Virus record (IMG/VR): IMGVR_UViG_3300010356_003090
Source of the DNA: an uncultured virus (IMG/VR IMGVR_UViG_3300010356_003090)
Lineage: Duplodnaviria; Heunggongvirae; Uroviricota; Caudoviricetes
DNA length: 64,000 nucleotides
Direction: 5' to 3' (one strand)
Shown: positions 57,813 through 64,000 of the stretch, piece by piece
Layout: every line of letters begins with the position of its first letter
How positions within the stretch are numbered: the stretch's first letter is position 1
Translations under genes and position numbers: made by a program
The notes under the pieces: model-generated
The model's input: the letters and a program-made list of their open reading frames with translations, nothing else
Told to the model about the DNA's origin: nothing
Databases searched by the model: none

Positions 57813-59384
57813 CTAATCGTTGCGCAAGAGTCGCCACACGTCAACGCGCTTCTTGCCGTCAATCGTTGCCTCACCGACCGCAACAACGGCCCCATTTTGG
57901 CGGAGGCTTTCAAGGACGGCTTTTGCGGCTTTTACGTTGTTGATCTTGCCGCAAGCACGGACAAGATCGGACGGCGTGAATTCGTCGTATTCAAGGCGAT
58001 CAGCGCGGCGTAGCATCGTATCATAAACCTCTTGCAGCTTGCGATCTTCCGAAGTGACGGGCGCTTGCATCATACGCACCGCGCTTTGCAAGTACCAACG
58101 GATCAGCAAGATCGCTTGCTCCATCTCCTCTTGTCCAATTTTGTCGAATTGCTCGGCCTTTCCTTCGTTCATAAGGACGTGAAAATTAGCCGCAAGGCGG
58201 GCGGCGTGTTCTGCGGCTTTGTTGGAAAGCCCGCGTATTTCGGCGTATTCGCCAAAAATGCCGCCCTTTCTTTCACATTCATCTGCAAAGGCAATCCAAG
58301 CATCAACGGCCTTTTCTGTCATTTCTAGCACCTTGGGATCAAGGGCTTTGCCGTTCTCGCTCAAAGGTTGGGGTTGTTGGGCGATCTTCTTTGTCAGATC
58401 TTGCCAGATCTGCAAAATCTGTAACGAGCGTTGCAATTTCTCGCGTTCTTGGGCGTCATAGTGGCGCGGCGCAATTTCGCGTGTTCCCCAAAGGCTTTCG
58501 GGGCAAGCGACCAAAAAACGACCCCAAAAGCCGTTCCCTTGGAGGTCTTCGTCTTTCCACGCTTCTTCGATTACGGACGGTTGAATCAAAAGGTGCATCG
58601 AAAGGCGATATCCGCGCAAGATCACCGCCCCATCACCTTTGCGCAGAGAATTGATCTGTTTTGCCCCCCAAGCCTCGTTGTAAAAGGCCGTTGCAGCACG
58701 TTTGCGCTGCGCGTCTGCCATGCTGTAACCCCCGAAAAAAGCGCCGCCTTCGTCGGTGGATAGAATCATTGATCGCTGTCCATGTAATAATTCTTTGAAC
58801 AAGCCTTCTGGCGTGGCGTTGTTCGTTATCGCTATCGGAGATCGCGGGGCAACGGGCTTGACGGCAGCGTGTGCCGCGATCTCCGCTTGGAGGGTTTCGG
58901 GATCTTCTTTGTGTTCGCGCAAGATCTCTTTGCGTTGTAGTTCCCACGCTTCTTGCGTCATTTCATACGCAACCCGCGCATCTTCCCATCCGTCGATCTG
59001 TTCGGCTTGGTGGTCGCGTATGCCCTTTGTTGCAAGGGCATCACAAGCCGACTTGCGATCCCCCGATTGCGCCACGGATAAGAGGTAAAGACTGATCGGA
59101 ACGCGATAACCCCCATTGACGGGGATCATAACGTCTGCGTGTGCTTGCGCGGCGCTAGCGAGCGATCCTAAAAGGGCGTTCATGGCAAGACTTGTGGGGG
59201 CTTGAACGACGTGCGCAAGGGCTTTTGCAAACGCTGTCAAGTGGGTGTCGGGGAGGGTAGGTTCGGGCGATCTTTCCCGCGCAATCGGAACAAGATCGGG
59301 TTCGGGTTCGCGACGGTCTGCAAGAAGATCGCTCATCTCTTGGACAAGCGATTTCGGGCCAAAGATCGACGTTTTTACCATCAT
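57813..59384 (-). CDS. DUF3987/YfjI-family replication protein (putative helicase)
   Basis: PISLYLLSVAQSGDRKS, ATPEGL, TDEGG, LSMHLLIQP, GFWGRFL, EHAARLA; ATGA-coupled to the primase. Confidence 0.88.
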   Translation of the reverse strand: MMVKTSIFGPKSLVQEMSDLLADRREPEPDLVPIARERSPEPTLPDTHLTAFAKALAHVVQAPTSLAMNALLGSLASAAQAHADVMIPVNGGYRVPISLYLLSVAQSGDRKSACDALATKGIRDHQAEQIDGWEDARVAYEMTQEAWELQRKEILREHKEDPETLQAEIAAHAAVKPVAPRSPIAITNNATPEGLFKELLHGQRSMILSTDEGGAFFGGYSMADAQRKRAATAFYNEAWGAKQINSLRKGDGAVILRGYRLSMHLLIQPSVIEEAWKDEDLQGNGFWGRFLVACPESLWGTREIAPRHYDAQEREKLQRSLQILQIWQDLTKKIAQQPQPLSENGKALDPKVLEMTEKAVDAWIAFADECERKGGIFGEYAEIRGLSNKAAEHAARLAANFHVLMNEGKAEQFDKIGQEEMEQAILLIRWYLQSAVRMMQAPVTSEDRKLQEVYDTMLRRADRLEYDEFTPSDLVRACGKINNVKAAKAVLESLRQNGAVVAVGEATIDGKKRVDVWRLLRND

Positions 59385-60631
59385 TGATCCACCCCGATCT
59401 TGTCCGCCAAGATGTCGCAAACTTCATCGTGCCAATCTCTCGACACGTCGGGGCTATTTGAAGCCGTGGGAGAGAGAAACACAGTACAGGAGACGTTGCT
59501 TTTTTCAAATTGGGCCGCTGCTTGGGCCGCTGCTTTCAGTCCAGCCCGCGAAGGTTCTACATCTGCAAAGATGTGGATGCGTTCGATGCCAAGCGGCGCA
59601 ACGATCTTCGCCATATTCACGGCGCTCAAACACGCCACAAATTGCACATCGCTTGGTGTAGGCCCAAACAACGGGCGGTATCCAGCGAGATCTAGACAAT
59701 TCGGCGTCAAGTCAGGCCACGACCACGCTTGCTTATACAATTCATGCAACGCAATTGCGGTCTCGATCCCTTCGCATAAGACAAGTGTTTTGTACGGTTC
59801 TTTCGGCTTTTGCGGATACAACCACACACCCCCCCCGCTTACCGTTTTTTGTGGCAAGCGATAGGTCTTTTTTTGATCTTCCTTGGCGATAGGGGCTTTT
59901 CGATACTCTCGCCACGTTGTCCCCGTCCTTTCGAGATCTTCGCGGTCTTGCGTGTTGGGTGTGCGGGTTGTGGGGCAAGACTCCAAGAAGATCACATGAT
60001 ACCCGCGCAATTCCCCCAAAACATCGCGGATCTCAGCAACGATGCCGCTCCATGTTTTTTTTTCTTTGGACACAGGGATCTGCTCGATCCCTCGGATGGA
60101 CGGGAAAGCCCGTGTGCGGGCAAACAGTAGCCCGCGTGTCCACATATATCCAAACAAGATCCAGTCTTTGAGATTGCTTGCTTGCCTTGCGGCTTTCCAA
60201 GCGTTATAGAACGCCCATCCAAGGGCGTTTGTTGTACGTTGACGCCACGGGTCGGACTTGTCGGGCATGGTGTCGGGATCGGCTTGGGGGGGAGGCGTGG
60301 CGGGCTTCTGGTCGCTGTCTCGTTTGTACGTCCACCCATTCTTGAACGCGACGGCGATCAAGAAGTCAAACGAGACCGAACCTGTTGCGAAAGACTTCCA
60401 TTTCCCCCGCATGATCGAGGGATCATAAGTGGAACCTTGTGCGCTCCAATCATTCCAAAGGTCGAAGCCGCGAGAAAAATCCCACGACTTGAGGGCAGTT
60501 CCTACCTTGATCCAGTCCTCGTATGACTCGACAAGATGCGAGAGATAGTGCAGTAAAACGGACATATCAATTTCGTCGAGATCGGCGGGTTGGATGCGTT
60601 GTCGGGGTTTGGATGCGTTGCGCTGATCCAT
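59381..60631 (-). CDS. PriCT-2 plus Toprim primase-like protein
   Basis: YEDWIKVGTALK...W.DWS...Y......KWKSF (PriCT-2); LVLCEGIETAIAL and IFADVE..AG (Toprim). Confidence 0.85.
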   Translation of the reverse strand: MDQRNASKPRQRIQPADLDEIDMSVLLHYLSHLVESYEDWIKVGTALKSWDFSRGFDLWNDWSAQGSTYDPSIMRGKWKSFATGSVSFDFLIAVAFKNGWTYKRDSDQKPATPPPQADPDTMPDKSDPWRQRTTNALGWAFYNAWKAARQASNLKDWILFGYMWTRGLLFARTRAFPSIRGIEQIPVSKEKKTWSGIVAEIRDVLGELRGYHVIFLESCPTTRTPNTQDREDLERTGTTWREYRKAPIAKEDQKKTYRLPQKTVSGGGVWLYPQKPKEPYKTLVLCEGIETAIALHELYKQAWSWPDLTPNCLDLAGYRPLFGPTPSDVQFVACLSAVNMAKIVAPLGIERIHIFADVEPSRAGLKAAAQAAAQFEKSNVSCTVFLSPTASNSPDVSRDWHDEVCDILADKIGVDQ

Positions 60632-60837
60632 CTGCTTACGTCCTTTCTGTGCGATGTTTGGCCGCTTGGTGTGATCTTGGTGTGATCATCGGCTTGATCA
60701 TCGCGTGGGGGGTTGTTGCAAGCAGAAGATAGCAAAAAAAGAAAGGCGAGCGCAAGGGGTTTGTGTTGCTTTCGCCTTGTATAGCAAGGTGTTTGTTCTA
60801 TATCTCGTTGTTTTGGAATGAAGTTTGCTTTTGTGTG

Positions 60838-60865
60838 TTGTATCTTTTTTGTATCTTTTTTGACG
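60838..60865 (+). promoter_or_regulatory. 11-bp-period TTGTAT boxes followed by TTGACG
   Basis: TTGTAT at 60838 and 60849, TTGACG at 60860, in the divergent intergenic region. Confidence 0.5.
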
Positions 60866-60973
60866 CAACAACAAAAGCGCGATACAGTACAAACACAAAC
60901 GCCCAAGGGGGGTGTATCCCTTGGGCGTCTGCTGCAACAACAATCAATCCCAGACCAAAAAGGAGTCTGTCGT

Positions 60974-61291
60974 ATGGATCAACGACACCCCCAAGATAGC
61001 CGAATTCAAAAACAATGGCAAGTGTATTCTCTCTTTTTTTCGATGCGATCTCTTCATACAGGCGATCTATTCAAGTATTTCGCAAGCGAAGATACGCCAA
61101 AAGACGCAATCGAAGGGCTTTTTGACGTGTTGGAGGGGTGCTGCAAGCAAGCCGTCTTGCCTTGCGAAAAAGCGGCTTGTGCGGTCGTTTTGGAGCAAGC
61201 TATCGATCAAGTCAAAAAGCGTGGTTGGACGGGGTGTTTTGCTCGAAATGTGATGCGTTGTTGTTTTTGGTTGAAAAAGCAGGGAGGTTGA
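60974..61291 (+). CDS. Hypothetical protein
   Basis: RBS AGGAG before ATG 60974. Confidence 0.5.
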   Translation: MDQRHPQDSRIQKQWQVYSLFFSMRSLHTGDLFKYFASEDTPKDAIEGLFDVLEGCCKQAVLPCEKAACAVVLEQAIDQVKKRGWTGCFARNVMRCCFWLKKQGG

Positions 61292-61402
61292 CCAAAGATC
61301 AAAAAAGAGGGGGGGCTTGACGTGAAAGGGGGAATGTGCAGAAGATCCAGCGATCTTTGTTTTGCGCCTTGCCAAGCGTAAGCCTCTCCTTTGAGGAAAA
61401 AA

Positions 61403-62239
61403 ATGTCTCAATCTACTCAAAAGCTGGTGTACCAAAACCGCGTTACACTCGCATCTGGTGAACAAATCACCCTGCTTCCCGCAGTTCTTGGGCTTCAATT
61501 GCAAAATCAAAAGGCTGCCCGCGTGACACAGGTTGACGTTGCCCAAGGTCTCGAATACGAACTGAACGAGACCTTGGGCGTGACGGATAGCGTCGTGATC
61601 TACAACCCCACACCCAACGAGATCGAAAACGCCCATATCAACATCACGGCGCAACACTCCATTGAATACAAACCTGTCACCGAAGTCGCCGTTCCCGCCG
61701 CCGTCCCGATTGCCGACTCCTCCAAGATCACGGGCAAAGAGGAGCGCACGTTTGCCGTCCTTTCGCCCGAATTGAACGCCGTAGCATCTCGCCTTCCCTT
61801 CGATACAGCGGGAGAGTCCACGCTTCCCGCTGGCACGATCTCTTGGGATCTTGTCAACACGGGCCGCTTCACGCTCGAACGTGCGGGAAAATACCAGATC
61901 TCTGTCTTGGCGTCTCTTTCAGCAGACGCCGTGGCCTTGGTCGCTTGCAGTCTCGTTCGCGATCCCGCGAACGCTGGTTCTGGCCCCGTGATCGAACAGC
62001 AAACGGGTACGGTGTTTCCCGACGTGACGATCCCCGACGATATCAGCGTATTTTCGGGCAATCTTCTGTTGCAAGAGATTGTTGAGATCACCGCGCTTCA
62101 AGCGGCGGGCGCTGCGCCTGATCGCACGTTTCAATGCAGCGTGACTCCTGCCCCTGATACGGTCGTTTTGACTCGTGGCTTTACGAGTCAAGCAGCCGCC
62201 GCGAAGTGCGCGAATATCATCATCGAAAAAATTTCCTAA
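61403..62239 (+). CDS. Putative structural beta-protein with C1q/BclA-like C-domain
   Basis: RBS GAGG; FTLERAGKYQISVLAS...ANIIIEKI. Confidence 0.55.
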   Translation: MSQSTQKLVYQNRVTLASGEQITLLPAVLGLQLQNQKAARVTQVDVAQGLEYELNETLGVTDSVVIYNPTPNEIENAHINITAQHSIEYKPVTEVAVPAAVPIADSSKITGKEERTFAVLSPELNAVASRLPFDTAGESTLPAGTISWDLVNTGRFTLERAGKYQISVLASLSADAVALVACSLVRDPANAGSGPVIEQQTGTVFPDVTIPDDISVFSGNLLLQEIVEITALQAAGAAPDRTFQCSVTPAPDTVVLTRGFTSQAAAAKCANIIIEKIS

Positions 62240-62367
62240 CCTCACCGCTTCTGCTCTACTTTTTTCTTCTTGCCTTTTTTTATCAAATCTGCTTTGCTGT
62301 TTTTTCTTGTTATCGCCCAAGGACGGGTGCGATAACGAATTCTATTTTTGGAAAAGAGAGGCAAGAA

Positions 62368-62994
62368 ATGCAGCAAACAGAACAGCTAGATCGGCATCTT
62401 TGGCATGTTGCAGATCGTTATGTGATCCCAAACGCAATACAAGGACGCTATGACGCGCAAGGTAACGGTGTCCCGTTGGATGTGGTATGGGGAGAACATA
62501 CGCTTTTGCAGTCGGACGGGCGGCAATTTTGCAGCGGGGCGGCGTGGTGGCTTCTTGTCGAATTGTTGCGCCTTGCTGGTCTTGAGGCGCATCCTGCGAT
62601 CACGAAAAGCGTTTTGATGGATCTGCGCAAATTTGCGTGGGTGTGGAGTGATCAAGAGCATCATGGAGGCTTGCCCGAAGGCTTGGTAAAACATGGCTTG
62701 GGGGTGTGGGTTTGCGAGGGGGAAACCTACCCCGATCCGTCGCTTTTTGTCGAAGGTCGCTTTTTCCAGTATTGGTCTTCTTGGTCGAATACATCGGGGG
62801 GGGCCGTTGGACACAAAGGACACACGGGGATCATTGCAGATCGATCCGATTCGTCGGGAAATTTTGCGGAGTGGTCGAGCAGTCCACTTCTTGCGCTGTC
62901 ACCCGATAAAAAGCCGCAAAGCATCGGTAGAAGTAAGTGGTTTATCGCTTCGCTGCATCCCGATATTTCGAGTCTTTTGCAAAAAATTCAGTAA
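62368..62994 (+). CDS. Putative papain-fold (NlpC/P60 or CHAP-like) hydrolase
   Basis: QFCSG (Cys) and GHTGII (His); RBS GAGG. Confidence 0.5.
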   Translation: MQQTEQLDRHLWHVADRYVIPNAIQGRYDAQGNGVPLDVVWGEHTLLQSDGRQFCSGAAWWLLVELLRLAGLEAHPAITKSVLMDLRKFAWVWSDQEHHGGLPEGLVKHGLGVWVCEGETYPDPSLFVEGRFFQYWSSWSNTSGGAVGHKGHTGIIADRSDSSGNFAEWSSSPLLALSPDKKPQSIGRSKWFIASLHPDISSLLQKIQ

Positions 62995-63036
62995 GCAACA
63001 ACAAGCAACAACAAGCAACAACAAAAGGAGCCGATT

Positions 63037-64000
63037 GTGTGGAGTAAAGCGAGATCTGTGCTGTCCGTATTGAGAGAGATGAAAGATGGTTTGAAAGATG
63101 CGATCATTGCTTGGTTTGTGATCTATGTGATGCGTGTTCGCGATTGGATCGGTGATACGTTGAACGAGATCTTGTTGCATAGCGAGAAAGATGCAGCGGC
63201 GATCAAGGAAGGTGGACGGTTCTTGCTCTTGGGGCGTCGAATCTTTCGGATTTTTCGGCGTGTTCGTAATTTCTTTTATCACCCGATCTTTGATCGGGAT
63301 GTCCCTGTCTATTCCATTTCTGAATTTGTTCACAGCGAAACAGGCGAGATCGATCATATCTCGCTGTCTTTGTTTGACGACTCGGTGCTTGTGGCGGTTT
63401 ATGACGGCGACGATATCGAAGATGTTGCCAAGCGAAAAGCGGAGTTGGGGGATTGGTGTATGCAGCCCGTCAAGGTGACGCCTTACGGAGCCAAACTATC
63501 CAGAAGGCGGCTTTTTTGGGTGTCTTTGCGCTATCGCAACGTTTTTCGTTTGCGAGCAGTTTTGGGGAGAGACAAGATCGGACGAATGGCTTTTTCTGGT
63601 CGAGAATTGGCCGCGTCGGAGAAGGAGATCATCAGAAAAGAGATGCTTAGTGTGGAGGCATCAGCAGAAATTGTGCGCTATCTTGCGCGGGCGGAGTCGG
63701 ATCAAGTGTGGTTGGGGGATGGGGAATTTATGCAGATCAAAGAATCCATCTCGCGTCATTTTTGGCTAGATATTCCCCTGCGCTCGGTCGCAACGCCGAA
63801 TTACTGGTTAGATTACTGCGGGTTCCGTCGTTTCACTTCGCTCTTTCCCACGCGGGCGCTTTTGTTTGAATTGATCCGCTTGGAGTGCTTAGAGGGTTCG
63901 GGGATGCCGCCTTATCCGCTTCTTTCTTGTGCGGCAAATGTGACGGGTTCGGATATCGGCAATCTGGACAGGGTGATCGAGGGTATGGATGGATTGTATC
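63037..64000 (+). CDS. 3'-truncated hypothetical protein (not in the supplied track)
   Basis: RBS AGGAG then GTG 63037; by my translation the frame stays open to the window end. Confidence 0.65.
   Translation, partial: MWSKARSVLSVLREMKDGLKDAIIAWFVIYVMRVRDWIGDTLNEILLHSEKDAAAIKEGGRFLLLGRRIFRIFRRVRNFFYHPIFDRDVPVYSISEFVHSETGEIDHISLSLFDDSVLVAVYDGDDIEDVAKRKAELGDWCMQPVKVTPYGAKLSRRRLFWVSLRYRNVFRLRAVLGRDKIGRMAFSGRELAASEKEIIRKEMLSVEASAEIVRYLARAESDQVWLGDGEFMQIKESISRHFWLDIPLRSVATPNYWLDYCGFRRFTSLFPTRALLFELIRLECLEGSGMPPYPLLSCAANVTGSDIGNLDRVIEGMDGLY

Noticed and set aside
1..64000. tRNA, rRNA or IS elements
   Set aside because: None recognised by eye; a covariance-model scan would be needed to exclude small RNAs.

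Overview
The whole window looks like one large virus-like element of a bacterial host. Genes carry Shine-Dalgarno motifs and ATGA/TTGA-coupled starts, and there is an NlpC/P60 hydrolase. I see no housekeeping operons, rRNA or tRNA, and no terminase, portal, HK97 capsid or tail genes. Layout: (i) 0-5 kb: RadA/Sms, HTH regulators and a frameshifted FGE-sulfatase-domain gene. (ii) 5-44 kb, one + strand block: a transglutaminase-like Cys protease, membrane proteins, three candidate beta-sandwich capsid proteins, then large proteins (DdrB-like ParB, SNF2 helicase, N6-adenine methyltransferase, zincin), NlpC/P60 and two spike-like genes sharing an N-terminus. (iii) 44-64 kb: accessory and replication genes (MT-A70 methylase, candidate tandem ring nuclease, degenerate ABC ATPase, tyrosine recombinase, 104-bp repeat array, GroES fusion, PriCT-2/Toprim primase with DUF3987 partner). 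The best candidate for a new system is a peptide-tag code. R-x-x-N-P occurs 12 times in 8 proteins, at termini and domain borders. A second motif, x-x-L-G, ends the P/Y/Q-rich leaders of the shell proteins. Together they suggest protease processing or virion targeting of a split, P1 Dar-like anti-defence cargo in a tailless membrane-containing virus. All family calls are motif recognition by eye; no searches were run.
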